A stretch of DNA of 64,000 nucleotides from Candidatus Multivoradales bacterium (GCA_965223155.1 CBDCVR010000013.1:1088001-1152000); one strand, 5' to 3'; numbered from the stretch's first letter, positions 38,020 to 47,697 are shown. The notes: a model not told the origin generated them from the sequence alone. Made by a program: numbers and translations.

Positions 38020-38594
38020 CCAACGCCGCCCCGGCGCGAGGGCCGCTCCGAACCGCGACCTTCGTCACCGGCAACCCCGGCAAGCTGGCCGAGCTGCGCC
38101 GTCTCGCCGGAGCCGAGCTGCTCCTGCTTCACGAAGAGCTCGACCTGCCCGAGATTCAATCGCTGGACCTGGAGGCCGTGGTCCGAGCCAAGGCGCGGGC
38201 GGCCTGGGAGCGTCTGGGCCGGCCGGTATTGGTCGAGGAGACCGGCCTCGAGCTGGCCTCCCTGAACGGCTTTCCGGGACCGCTGGTGAAATGGATGCTC
38301 GCCGCCGTCGGACCGGAGGGCATCGCCGCCGTTGCCGAGCGCGCCGGGGAGCCCCGAGCCCGGGCCGTCTGCGTCTTCCTCTACTTCGACGGCGAGCGGG
38401 AGATCGCCGGCCGCGGGACGACCGAAGGCAGGCTGGTGCTGCCGACCCGGGGGAAGGCGGGCTTCGGCTGGGATCCGGTGTTCGTACCCACAGGCGAGAC
38501 CCGCACGTACGCGGAGCTGGGCGACGCCCGCAAAGACGAGCTCGGCCACCGAGGTCGCGCCTGGCGCGACCTCGTGGCTCGGGCCCAAGGTTGA
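38016..38594 (+). CDS. rdgB: Non-canonical purine NTP pyrophosphatase (Ham1/RdgB), probable CTG start
   Basis: FVTGNPGK, LPEIQ, GFPGP, GFGWDPVF, GHRGRA; the family N-terminal motif lies upstream of the first ATG/GTG/TTG. Confidence 0.85.
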   Translation: MTNAAPARGPLRTATFVTGNPGKLAELRRLAGAELLLLHEELDLPEIQSLDLEAVVRAKARAAWERLGRPVLVEETGLELASLNGFPGPLVKWMLAAVGPEGIAAVAERAGEPRARAVCVFLYFDGEREIAGRGTTEGRLVLPTRGKAGFGWDPVFVPTGETRTYAELGDARKDELGHRGRAWRDLVARAQG

Positions 38595-38735
38595 CCCGGC
38601 CACGCCGGCACTTCGCGTCAGGATTCGAGGCGAATCCAAGAACCCCGAGACCCCGGCTCGCGAGCGAGGGCGAACCGGGCCGAGCCCCGGCGACCCGATG
38701 GCTAGACGGTCCCGAATGCCGGGCCGAGGCGCGAA

Positions 38736-39647
38736 CTAGCCCAGCAGCTCGACCAGAATCGCCTTCTGCACGTGCATGCGGTTCTCGGCCTCGTCGAAGA
38801 TCCGGCTCTGGGCGCCGTCGGCGACTTCGGCCGAGACCTCCTCGCCTCGGTGGGCGGGCAGGCAATGGAGGAAGACGGCGTCCGGTCGGGCCTTGGCCAT
38901 GAGCTCGGCATCCACGGTGAAGCCGGCGAAGGCGGACAAGCGTTCCTGGGCCTCGGCTTCCTGGCCCATCGAGGCCCAGACGTCGGTGTAGACACAGCTG
39001 GCTCCGGCGACGGCCGCGGCCGGATCGGTCGTCGTGTCGATCCGGGTGCCGGCGGCTTCGGCATCACGCCGCGCCAGCTCCAGGTAGCCGTCCGAGACCT
39101 CGTAGCCGGGCGGCGTTGCCACCGCCACGTCCATGCCGACCTTGGACGCCCCCAGCATCAGGGAATGGGCCACGTTGTTGCCGTCCCCGACATAGGCCAG
39201 CTTCCGGCCTTCGAGCTCGCCGAAGACCTCCCGCAGCGTGAAGTAGTCGGCAAGTCCCTGGCACGGGTGCAGGTCGTCGGTCAGGCCGTTGATGACCGGA
39301 ATCGAACCGTGCTCCGCCAGGTCCAGCACGGCTTGGTGCTCGAAGGTCCGGGCCATGATGCCGTGCACGTAGCGAGACAGCACCTGGGCCGTGTCCGAGA
39401 TCGGCTCGCCGCGGCCGAGCTGGATGTCGCGGGACGACAAGAAGAGAGCCTGGCCGCCGAGCTGGTACATACCGACCTCGAAGCTGACCCGGGTGCGCGT
39501 CGAGGACTTCTCGAAGATCATTCCCAGGCTCTTGCCGTCGAGCGCCGACCGGAAGCTGCCGGGATCCGCCTTGAGCCGGCCGGCCAGATCGAAGATGCGC
39601 TCGACGTCGGCGGCCGAGAGATCGTGAATCGAGATCAGATGGTTCAT
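38736..39647 (-). CDS. arcB: Ornithine carbamoyltransferase
   Basis: STRTR, HPCQ, DVWASMG, HCLP; called arcB rather than argF from its context. Confidence 0.92.
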   Translation of the reverse strand: MNHLISIHDLSAADVERIFDLAGRLKADPGSFRSALDGKSLGMIFEKSSTRTRVSFEVGMYQLGGQALFLSSRDIQLGRGEPISDTAQVLSRYVHGIMARTFEHQAVLDLAEHGSIPVINGLTDDLHPCQGLADYFTLREVFGELEGRKLAYVGDGNNVAHSLMLGASKVGMDVAVATPPGYEVSDGYLELARRDAEAAGTRIDTTTDPAAAVAGASCVYTDVWASMGQEAEAQERLSAFAGFTVDAELMAKARPDAVFLHCLPAHRGEEVSAEVADGAQSRIFDEAENRMHVQKAILVELLG

Positions 39648-39671
39648 GAGTCGGTCCCTTTCGTCGTCCCT

Positions 39672-40664
39672 TTATCGTCCTTGCATCGGGGGCGAATCCG
39701 GCACCACGGTGGTTCCCGCCTTGCCATCTAGCGTTGCCCGCAAGTGGTCGGAATCGGTAATCACGGCAGGGCGGCCACGCTCGCGCACGAACGCCAGAAC
39801 CGCCTCCATCTTGGGTTTCATACTGCCAGCGGGGAAGGCGTCGTCATCGAGCATCGAGGCCACCTCGCTCGCGTCCAGGCGGCGTATCGCCTGTTGCTCG
39901 GGAGCACCGAAGTGCCGGTAGACCTCGGCAACGTTGGTGACGATGGCCAGGAGATCCGCGCCCAACTCCCGGGCCAGCAGAGACGCGGTCCAGTCCTTGT
40001 CGATGACCGCCTCGACGCCTTCGAGACGGCCGTCCTCCGTGCGCACGACCGGGACTCCCCCTCCGCCACCGGCCATGACGATGCCCCGGTTGGCCAGGAG
40101 AGTGCGAATGGTCTTCAAGCCGAACACTTCGAGCGGCCGCGGGCTGGCCACCACCTTGCGGTAGCCCCGGCCCGCGGGATCCTTGCGTAGCGCCCAGCTG
40201 TGGTCCCGCTTCAGACTCCGAGCACGGTAGCGCGAGAAATACGGACCCACGGGTTTGGTGGGCTCGAGAAAGCCGGGGTCGGTCGAGTCCACCGCGGTCA
40301 GCGACAGCACGGTGTTGACCTCGCGCTCCAGCCCCTTCTGGGCGAGGCGGTTGAGCAGAGCCAGCGCCAGAAGGTAGCCGAGACTCCCCTGCGTCTGAGC
40401 CACCGCAAGGTCGAGGGTCCCCGGAGGGATCTTGGTGGCGGCCTCTTCCATCTGGATCATCACCTGACCCACCTGCGGGCCGTTGCCATGGACGATCAGA
40501 AGGTCCTCGCCCCGCTCGGCGAACTCGACCAGCCAGTCGGCCGCCTCCTCGGCCCGGCGCAGCTGTTCGGCCACGGTGCCATCGTCCTCGGCCGGCAGCA
40601 GGGCGTTGCCGCCGAACGCCACTACCGCCAGCGGCCGGGACCGTTTGGTGGATCGCTTCGACAC
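39672..40664 (-). CDS. arcC: Carbamate kinase
   Basis: AFGGNAL, HGNGPQVG, PTKPVG, AVIDKD, GSMKPK. Confidence 0.95.
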   Translation of the reverse strand: MSKRSTKRSRPLAVVAFGGNALLPAEDDGTVAEQLRRAEEAADWLVEFAERGEDLLIVHGNGPQVGQVMIQMEEAATKIPPGTLDLAVAQTQGSLGYLLALALLNRLAQKGLEREVNTVLSLTAVDSTDPGFLEPTKPVGPYFSRYRARSLKRDHSWALRKDPAGRGYRKVVASPRPLEVFGLKTIRTLLANRGIVMAGGGGGVPVVRTEDGRLEGVEAVIDKDWTASLLARELGADLLAIVTNVAEVYRHFGAPEQQAIRRLDASEVASMLDDDAFPAGSMKPKMEAVLAFVRERGRPAVITDSDHLRATLDGKAGTTVVPDSPPMQGR

Positions 40665-40670
40665 GGGCCG

Positions 40671-41948
40671 CTAGAGATCGACCGGCTGCCGTTCCAAAGG
40701 CATGGTCATGCAGCGCGGCCCGCCGCGGGCGCGCGAGAGCTCGTCGCCCTCGATGGTGATCACCGTCGGGCCGGCGCCCAAGACCTCGGCCTCACCCGAG
40801 ATGACGTCGCGCTCGTGGACCACCCGCCAGCCACGGCTCGCCAGCTCCACCACGGTGCGGCGATTGCGCCGGTAGAGAATGATGACTCCGGGCGCGACCG
40901 CGAAGGCATTGGCCCCGTCGGTCCACTGTTCCCGTTCCTGGAACAGCACGTCCTCGCCACCGCCGCACGGGATCACATCGAGCTCGATGCCCAGATCCCG
41001 AAGCACGTCGAGCAAGGACGGCCGCAGGACGAAGGACAGGTGCTCGGCTTCGAGATCCACGTAGAAGGCCTGGGCCGACAACCGGTGGCCTTTCTCGATC
41101 ACCGGCAGGTACGCCAGGCAGACGCCGTGATCGATGAAGGTGAACACCGTGTCCAGGTGCATGTAGGACCGTTGCGAGGGCAGATCGACGACGATCAAGT
41201 GCCGGAAGCCCGTCTCCTCCAACCGCAAGTACTCGGCCAGGCGTTCCACCGCCCGCCGGTTGGTACGTTCGCTCACCCCGACCAGCAAGGTCTCGCGGTT
41301 GGCCACGAGCACGTCGCCACCCTCGAGCGTCGGCGGGTCGCCGCCGCTCGGGAAGCCCCGGCCGTCGAGATCTCGGTCCACCGAGAACAGGTCCTCGGCG
41401 CCGGCAAGCGCTGGGTGGTGCCGAAAGATAGCCCGCGCCAGCAGCGCCTCGCGCCTGCGCGCCGCGGTCGCCATCGCCGAGACGATGACCCGCCGGCCGA
41501 TGACCGACTGCGGGTCCCGCTGGAAGAAATAGTTGGGAACGGGATCCAGACGGAAAAGGCGGCCGTCGGAGCTCTCGTAGCCTTCGGGCGCTCGGATCCC
41601 GGAGATCAACGCGCGGGCGAGAGCCTCGCCGTCCAGGTCCGCAAACCCGGCCCGCCCCTGAACCGGCAGCTCGTCGTGGCGCTCCAGGTCGTCGAAGAGC
41701 TCGGTCCTGGCGTCGTCGGCGTTCAGAACCTCGGCCAGCAGCGACTCGGCCTCCAGGATCTCGGCACCGGCGGCCTGGAGCACCGCGCAGAAACCGTCGT
41801 GCTCGGCCCGCGCCTCCTTGGCGTACAGAATGTCGTCGAAGAGCAGCTGCTCCATCATCCGCGGCACCATCCAGTCGATCTCCACGTCTGGCCGGTGCAC
41901 CAGCACGCGCCGCAGCTTGCCGATCTCGGAATCCACGTGGATGGTCAT
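40671..41948 (-). CDS. arcA: Arginine deiminase
   Basis: SEIGKLRRVLVHRP, LLFDD, FQRD, EGGD, MHLDT, GGPRCMTMP; ATG at 41948 with an AGGAG SD. Confidence 0.95.
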   Translation of the reverse strand: MTIHVDSEIGKLRRVLVHRPDVEIDWMVPRMMEQLLFDDILYAKEARAEHDGFCAVLQAAGAEILEAESLLAEVLNADDARTELFDDLERHDELPVQGRAGFADLDGEALARALISGIRAPEGYESSDGRLFRLDPVPNYFFQRDPQSVIGRRVIVSAMATAARRREALLARAIFRHHPALAGAEDLFSVDRDLDGRGFPSGGDPPTLEGGDVLVANRETLLVGVSERTNRRAVERLAEYLRLEETGFRHLIVVDLPSQRSYMHLDTVFTFIDHGVCLAYLPVIEKGHRLSAQAFYVDLEAEHLSFVLRPSLLDVLRDLGIELDVIPCGGGEDVLFQEREQWTDGANAFAVAPGVIILYRRNRRTVVELASRGWRVVHERDVISGEAEVLGAGPTVITIEGDELSRARGGPRCMTMPLERQPVDL

Positions 41949-42076
41949 GAGGTCTCCTGTTCGGACTCGCGTTCGGTCCGGCCGCTGGATTCTACGCAAG
42001 CGCATGCCCGAAGGCGAGGCCAATGGCGGCGGTCCCCAGTCGCCCGGACGATCGTCGTGTCCGATGCCGTCCTCAC

Positions 42077-42676
42077 CTAAGGCGACGGTGCCAGCCGGCG
42101 GGCGAAGCGCAGCCTGGCCAGCCAGTAGGAGCTCGCCCCGAGCTCGGTCTCGATGACTCCGCGCGAGGAGGAGGCGTGAATCATCCGCAGCGGTTCGCCG
42201 GACCCGGACGAAACGACGCCGACGTGGTGGAGCTTCTCTCGATCGCCGCCAAAGAACAGCAGATCGCCGGGCTGGAGCTCGTCCAGGGCCACCCACCGTC
42301 CCTGGGTCGACTGGGCCTGAGCGGTGCGCGCAGTCCGGATCGCCACCCTGCCGTACACGTGCCGCACCAGCCCGGAGCAATCGAAGCCCGCATCCGAGTC
42401 CCCGCCGAACCGGTAGGGCGTGCCCATCAAGGAGCGGGCTGCGGCCACGACTCGTTCGCCAAGGGTCGCGGACCGCACCGTTCCCGTTCGTGGATCGCGC
42501 GTCCCGGTCGGAGGCGGTGGGGTCCTCACGCGCACCCGGGCCGGCGCCCGGCGCTCGAGCGTTTCCGGATTCGTCGCCCCAGGCGGTGCCGGTCGAGGCG
42601 TCGAGCCGCAACCCGTAAGGACCGAGCCGGCCAGAGCCACGACCAAGGCGGCGCCCTTCGCGCGCCGTCGGCGCAT
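42077..42676 (-). CDS. NlpC/P60 (C40) lipoprotein peptidase
   Basis: Lipobox LTGC; GTPYRFGG..FDCSGL, HVGV, IHAS. Confidence 0.9.
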   Translation of the reverse strand: MRRRRAKGAALVVALAGSVLTGCGSTPRPAPPGATNPETLERRAPARVRVRTPPPPTGTRDPRTGTVRSATLGERVVAAARSLMGTPYRFGGDSDAGFDCSGLVRHVYGRVAIRTARTAQAQSTQGRWVALDELQPGDLLFFGGDREKLHHVGVVSSGSGEPLRMIHASSSRGVIETELGASSYWLARLRFARRLAPSP

Positions 42677-42824
42677 GCTCCAGAACCCGCCTTCGCGTCG
42701 CGACCCGCGCATTGCACCCTGGATCCTACCCGGGCACTGCCGACGGTCCCGGACCAACGCCCCCGATCCGCGCCGGGTCGAGCCTCGGGACGACCACACG
42801 GGACTGCTAGACTCCGAGGCGGTC

Positions 42825-44267
42825 ATGCCCGACTCGAGCCCGGCCGCGCAGTCCCCTCTTCACGACCGCTACGCCTCGCGCGAGATGGCGGCGATCTTCT
42901 CGCGCGACCATCGCTACCGGCAGTGGCGGCGTCTCTGGATTGCCCTGGCCGAAGCCCAGCGCGAGCTCGGCCTGCCGATCACCGAGTCTCAGCTGGCCGC
43001 CCTCGAGGCCTGCCGCGATGGCATCGACTTCGAGCGTGTGGCCGAGATCGAGGCGGAAACGCGGCACGACGTGGTCGCCCACCTGCGGCACTTCGCCGAG
43101 CTGGCCGACGCCGAACACCCGGGAGCCGGCGGCGTTCTGCACCTGGGGGCCACCAGTGCCTTCTTGACCGACAACACCGACGTGCTCCTGACCCGCGAAG
43201 CCCTGGCCCTGGTACGCGAGCGATCGCTGGGCGCGGTCTCGGCACTGTGCGATTTCGCCGAACGAACCCGATCGATACCGACCCTGGGGTACACCCACCT
43301 CCAGCCGGCGCAGCTCACCACGGTGGGCAAGCGCGCCTGCCTTTGGCTGCAGGATCTGGTGGATGATCTCGACGAGATCGACCGGCAGCTCAACGGTTTA
43401 CGCTGCCGTGGAGCCAAGGGCACCACCGGCACTCAGGCCTCGTATCTCGAGCTCTTCGCCGGCGACCACGACAAGGTCCGCTCCCTGGACCGCAAGGTCG
43501 CCTCCAAGCTGGGCTTCGAGTCCAGCTGGCCGGTCACCGGCCAGACCTATCCGCGCAAGCAGGACAGTCGCATCCTGGCGGTCTTGGCCGGCGTCGCCGA
43601 GACCCTGCATAAGCTGGGCACCGACGTTCGCTTGCTGCAGGGTCTGGGGGTGGTGTCGGAGCCCTTCGGCTCGAGCCAGGTGGGCTCCTCGGCGATGGCC
43701 TACAAGCGCAATCCCATCCGCTCCGAGCGGATGTGCGCGCTGGCCCGCCGCCTCCTCACGGATAGCTGGAACGGACCGCTGACCGGCGCGACCCAATGGC
43801 TGGAGCGCAGCCTGGACGATTCGGCCAACCGGCGGCTGGTCTTGCCGGACGCCTTCCTGACGGCCGACGCCATCCTGATCTTGGCGGGAAACGTCGCCGG
43901 CGGCCTCGAGGTCAAGGAGACCGCCACCGCCACCCTCGTCCGGCGTGAGCTGCCCTTCATGGCCACCGAGAACCTGCTGATGCGAGCCGCGGTCGGTGGC
44001 GGCGACCGGCAGCGGCTCCACGAGCTTATCCGGGCGCATTCGATGGCGGCCCATCGCGCCATCGAGGGCGGTCTCGAAAACCCCCTTGCCGAGCTCCTGG
44101 CGGCCGATCCGGAATTCCCGCTCCAGGAGGCCGAGATCGCCGAGGTCCTGGACGCCTCCGGCTTCATTGGCCGAGCTCCGGAACAGGTCGAGGAGTACGT
44201 GGCTTCGGTGCGAAGCCGCCTGCCCGAGCCTTCGAGCCGCACGGTCGCCCGGGAGCTTCGAGTCTGA
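42825..44267 (+). CDS. purB: Adenylosuccinate lyase
   Basis: RHDVVAH, HLGATS, THLQPAQ, SSAMAYKRNP; ATG at 42825. Confidence 0.95.
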   Translation: MPDSSPAAQSPLHDRYASREMAAIFSRDHRYRQWRRLWIALAEAQRELGLPITESQLAALEACRDGIDFERVAEIEAETRHDVVAHLRHFAELADAEHPGAGGVLHLGATSAFLTDNTDVLLTREALALVRERSLGAVSALCDFAERTRSIPTLGYTHLQPAQLTTVGKRACLWLQDLVDDLDEIDRQLNGLRCRGAKGTTGTQASYLELFAGDHDKVRSLDRKVASKLGFESSWPVTGQTYPRKQDSRILAVLAGVAETLHKLGTDVRLLQGLGVVSEPFGSSQVGSSAMAYKRNPIRSERMCALARRLLTDSWNGPLTGATQWLERSLDDSANRRLVLPDAFLTADAILILAGNVAGGLEVKETATATLVRRELPFMATENLLMRAAVGGGDRQRLHELIRAHSMAAHRAIEGGLENPLAELLAADPEFPLQEAEIAEVLDASGFIGRAPEQVEEYVASVRSRLPEPSSRTVARELRV

Positions 44268-44965
44268 CGACCCGCCGCGCCGCCGCGCTCGCCGCCTGCG
44301 CGATCCTAGCGCTGGCCGCCTTCGGGTGCTCGACGTCCCGCTACGCCAAGGAAGGCCGGCCCGGGTTTCGGCAGAGCGGCGTCGCTTCCTGGTACGGCCC
44401 CGGGTTTCACGGCCGCCGCACCGCCAACGGCGAGGTCTACGACATGGAGGCCCTGACAGCGGCCCACAAACACCTGCCCTTCGACAGCCTGGTCGAGGTC
44501 CGCAATCACGACACCGGACGCAGGGTTCGCGTCCGCATCAACGACCGGGGTCCTTTCGTGGGCAGGCGCATCATCGACCTGTCCCGGGCAGCGGCCCGCG
44601 AGATCGACATGATCGGCCCAGGTACCGCGCGGGTCACGATTAAAGTCTTGGGCCGGAGCCGCCGGAATCCCACGACCTCCGAGACTGCCTCCGACGGAGC
44701 CTCCGGGAGCCCCTCCGCCGGCTCGGCGGCGGTACCGGCAACGTACCTGGTGCAAACCGGCTCGTTTCGCTCCCGCGCCCAGGCCGAGGTGCATCTAGAG
44801 CGCGTCGGCAAGGTCGTGCCCGCCGCCCGCGTCGAGCGCTCGGACCCGTGGCACAGGGTGGTCACCGGACCGCTACCCCGCGAGCGGGCCGATGCGACAG
44901 CCGACTCCTTGCGCCAAGCGGGTTTCGAAGCCTTGCTTCTGAGCGTCGATCCCGGCCGTTCCTGA
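44264..44965 (+). CDS. rlpA: RlpA septal lytic transglycosylase lipoprotein with a SPOR domain, probable CTG start
   Basis: Lipobox LAAFGC, GVASWYG..FHGRRTANGE, TAAHKHLP, INDRGP, IIDLS, C-terminal YLVQTGSF. Confidence 0.88.
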   Translation: MTTRRAAALAACAILALAAFGCSTSRYAKEGRPGFRQSGVASWYGPGFHGRRTANGEVYDMEALTAAHKHLPFDSLVEVRNHDTGRRVRVRINDRGPFVGRRIIDLSRAAAREIDMIGPGTARVTIKVLGRSRRNPTTSETASDGASGSPSAGSAAVPATYLVQTGSFRSRAQAEVHLERVGKVVPAARVERSDPWHRVVTGPLPRERADATADSLRQAGFEALLLSVDPGRS

Positions 44966-44994
44966 CCGGAACCTCGACTCGACGAATCAGAGGG

Positions 44995-46065
44995 CTAGCC
45001 TCCCACCGTCGCCAGGAAGTCCTTGATGCGGCGGTCGATCTCCGAGCGGTCCCGATGGCGCGCCAGGGCCTCGTCCAATTGCCGCGCCACCAGATCGGGC
45101 AGCTCGAGGCCACCAGCCTGCCACAGCTTGGGGTACATCGAGATCGAGGTGAAGCCGGGCAGGGTATTGATCTCGTTGACCCGGGCGATGCCGTCCTCGA
45201 GAAAGAAGTCCACGCGCGCCATCCCGGTGCCACCGACGGCGGCGAAGGAACGCACCGCCAGGCTCCGGATCAGGGCCGCGTCCTCGTCCGCCAGGCGCGC
45301 GGGCACCGACAAGACCGCGCCGTCCTCCAGATACTTGTCGGCGTAGTCGTAGAAATCGTGGCCGGGCTCGATCTCGCCCACCGCCGAGGCCTCGAGCTCC
45401 GGGTACCCCAAGACCGAGCACTCCAGCTCGCGGCCGCCGGCCTGGCGCTCTATCAATACCTTGTCGTCCAGGCCCAGGGCCAGATCGAGAGCGGCCTCGA
45501 CGCCGCCGTCGTCGGCCAGCCGGCTGACGCCGACGCTCGAGCCACCGACAGCCGGCTTGATGAAGAGCGGAAATCCGAAGCGGCGCACCCGGTCGATCGA
45601 TTCGCTGCGGTCGTTGCGGACCTCGAGCCGGGTGACCACCTCGTACTCGACGACCGGAATACCCACCGCCTCCAGAAGGCGCTTGGTCAGAAGCTTGTCC
45701 ATGGCCACGCCGCTGGCCGTGACGCCGGCCCCGACGTAGGGCAGATCAGCCATCTCGCACAAGCCCTGGAGCGACCCGTCCTCGCCCCAGGTACCGTGGA
45801 CGACCGGGAAGACCACGTCCGCTCCGCAGTCCAGGAGCGCATCCAGGGTCGGCGCGATCGGCGCGCCGACAGGTGCCAAGGAATCCACCTCGCCGGCCAG
45901 GGCTCGAGCCGCGGCCTCGCCCGCGACCCAGCAACCATCCTCGGCAATGGCCAGCGGGATGGTTTCGTGGCCGCACTCGGCCAGGGCCGCCGCCACCGTG
46001 CGCGCCGAGCGCACCGAGACCTTGTGCTCGACGCTCCGCCCGCCAAAAACCAGCGTGACTCTCAT
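44995..46065 (-). CDS. ddl: D-alanine-D-alanine ligase
   Basis: FGGRSVEH, HGTWGEDG, GSSVG, FYDYADKY, NEINTLPG. Confidence 0.95.
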   Translation of the reverse strand: MRVTLVFGGRSVEHKVSVRSARTVAAALAECGHETIPLAIAEDGCWVAGEAAARALAGEVDSLAPVGAPIAPTLDALLDCGADVVFPVVHGTWGEDGSLQGLCEMADLPYVGAGVTASGVAMDKLLTKRLLEAVGIPVVEYEVVTRLEVRNDRSESIDRVRRFGFPLFIKPAVGGSSVGVSRLADDGGVEAALDLALGLDDKVLIERQAGGRELECSVLGYPELEASAVGEIEPGHDFYDYADKYLEDGAVLSVPARLADEDAALIRSLAVRSFAAVGGTGMARVDFFLEDGIARVNEINTLPGFTSISMYPKLWQAGGLELPDLVARQLDEALARHRDRSEIDRRIKDFLATVGG

Positions 46066-47654
46066 CCCAGATCCACCAGAGTGGCGCTCTCGACCTCCGG
46101 CAGCGAGCGCACCGTGTCCAGGACGGTGCGCTCGGGCCGCTGATCCAGGCGAATCACCGCCGCCGCGTCCGCGCCGTCCGGCCGGCGAGCGAGATGGATG
46201 TCGGCGATGTTGACTCCAGCCTCACCCAGCGTCCGGCCCAGCTTGCCGACCACGCCCGGTACGTCCTGGTTGCGGAGAAACAGCAACCGTCCCTCGGGCC
46301 GGAACTCCAGCCGATAGTCGTCGTAGCGCACCACCCGCAGGTCGGCATCTCCAAACACCGTGCCGGCCAACTCGATACGGCGGCCGTCTCCCGAAATCGT
46401 GACACCGATGAGCTGGGGGTACTCGCCCAGCTGCTGGTGGGTCGCTCGGACGACCTCCACGCCGCGATCCTCCGCGATGCGCTCGGCGTTGACGAAATTG
46501 ACGGCTTCCCCCAGAAACGGGCTGAGCGCTCCCCGTACGGCGGCGATCGAGATCGGGATCCTGAGCTCGTCCGGCACCTCCCAAAGGTCCACCTGGACGC
46601 GCCCAAGGGGCGCCCCTAGCAGCTCGCCCGCCGCCCTGCCCATCTGCTCGGCCAGCCGCAGAAACGACTCGCCGCCCGGCCCGGCGGCCCGGAACGGCAG
46701 ATTGACGGCGGTCACCGACAGCGATCCGTCCAGAGCGGCGAGCAGCATGCGTGCCGTCTGGGTTGCGACCCGCTCTTGCGCTTCCCGGGTCTGGGCGCCA
46801 ATGTGCGGCGTCGTAATCACGCGCGGATGCTCGACCAGCCGGCGCACCTCGGGGTCGGGGGGATCGATGGGCGGCTCGGTGGCGTAGACGTCGAGCGCCG
46901 CGCCGGCGACGTGGCCGGACTCGAGCGCCGCCAGCAGAGCCGACTCGTCCACGATGCCGCCACGGGCACAATTGACGAGGGCGGCGCCCGGTTTCATCCT
47001 CTCGATTCGGTCGGCCGAGAGCAGACCCCGGGTCTCGTCGGTGAGCGGCATGTGGAGGGTGACGAAGTCGGCCTGCGCCAGCACCGCGTCCAGATCCTCG
47101 AGCTGGATGCCCAAGCGGCGCGCCACCGCTCGGTCCAGGTAGGGGTCGAACGCGGTCACCTCCATGCCGAAGGCGAGCGCCCGGTGGGCGACCGCCTGGC
47201 CGATCCGGCCCAGCCCGACAATGCCCAGCGTCTTGCCGTCCAGCTCGCTGCCCAGAAACCCCTTGCGGTCCCAGGCTCCGGATTTCATCGACGCGTCCGC
47301 GGCCGGGATGTTCCGCGCCAGGGCCAGCAGCAGACCGAAGGTGTGCTCGGTGGCCGAGATCAGGTTGGCGGTGGGAGCGTTGACGACCAAGATCCCAAGC
47401 TCGGTCGCGGTCGCGACGTCGACGTTGTCGACGCCGATGCCGGCCCGACCCACGACTTTCAGCCGGCGGCCACGACGCAGCAAGTCAGCGGTGACCTTGG
47501 TCCGGCTACGCACCACGATGGCGTCGAACTCCTCGATCAGCTCGGGGAGCCGCTCGCGCTCCGCGTCCGTCAGCTGGTGCACGTCGGCCCCGGCCTCGGT
47601 CAGGATCCCGACTCCGGCCGGGTCCAACGGATCGCAAAGAAGAATTCTCGCCAT
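46062..47654 (-). CDS. serA: D-3-phosphoglycerate dehydrogenase (type I, ASB+ACT)
   Basis: GRAGIGVDN, GLGRIG, NCARGG, TPHIGA, C-terminal DVPGVVG...NIA. Confidence 0.92.
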   Translation of the reverse strand: MARILLCDPLDPAGVGILTEAGADVHQLTDAERERLPELIEEFDAIVVRSRTKVTADLLRRGRRLKVVGRAGIGVDNVDVATATELGILVVNAPTANLISATEHTFGLLLALARNIPAADASMKSGAWDRKGFLGSELDGKTLGIVGLGRIGQAVAHRALAFGMEVTAFDPYLDRAVARRLGIQLEDLDAVLAQADFVTLHMPLTDETRGLLSADRIERMKPGAALVNCARGGIVDESALLAALESGHVAGAALDVYATEPPIDPPDPEVRRLVEHPRVITTPHIGAQTREAQERVATQTARMLLAALDGSLSVTAVNLPFRAAGPGGESFLRLAEQMGRAAGELLGAPLGRVQVDLWEVPDELRIPISIAAVRGALSPFLGEAVNFVNAERIAEDRGVEVVRATHQQLGEYPQLIGVTISGDGRRIELAGTVFGDADLRVVRYDDYRLEFRPEGRLLFLRNQDVPGVVGKLGRTLGEAGVNIADIHLARRPDGADAAAVIRLDQRPERTVLDTVRSLPEVESATLVDLG

Positions 47655-47697
47655 GCTCAAGCTCGCTTCCAGCTCGCCGCTACCGCGAAGCCGGCCA

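Noticed and set aside
38016-38594. rdgB (likewise rlpA and ftsK) as 5'-truncated pseudogenes
   Set aside because: The frames are intact with conserved motifs and SD-positioned CTG codons; non-canonical initiation is the simpler explanation.
44995-47654. vanH-vanA-like glycopeptide resistance pair (2-hydroxyacid dehydrogenase coupled to a ligase)
   Set aside because: The dehydrogenase has the SerA ASB/ACT extension, the ligase has the D-Ala-D-Ala type YDYxxKY loop, and there is no vanX or vanRS.
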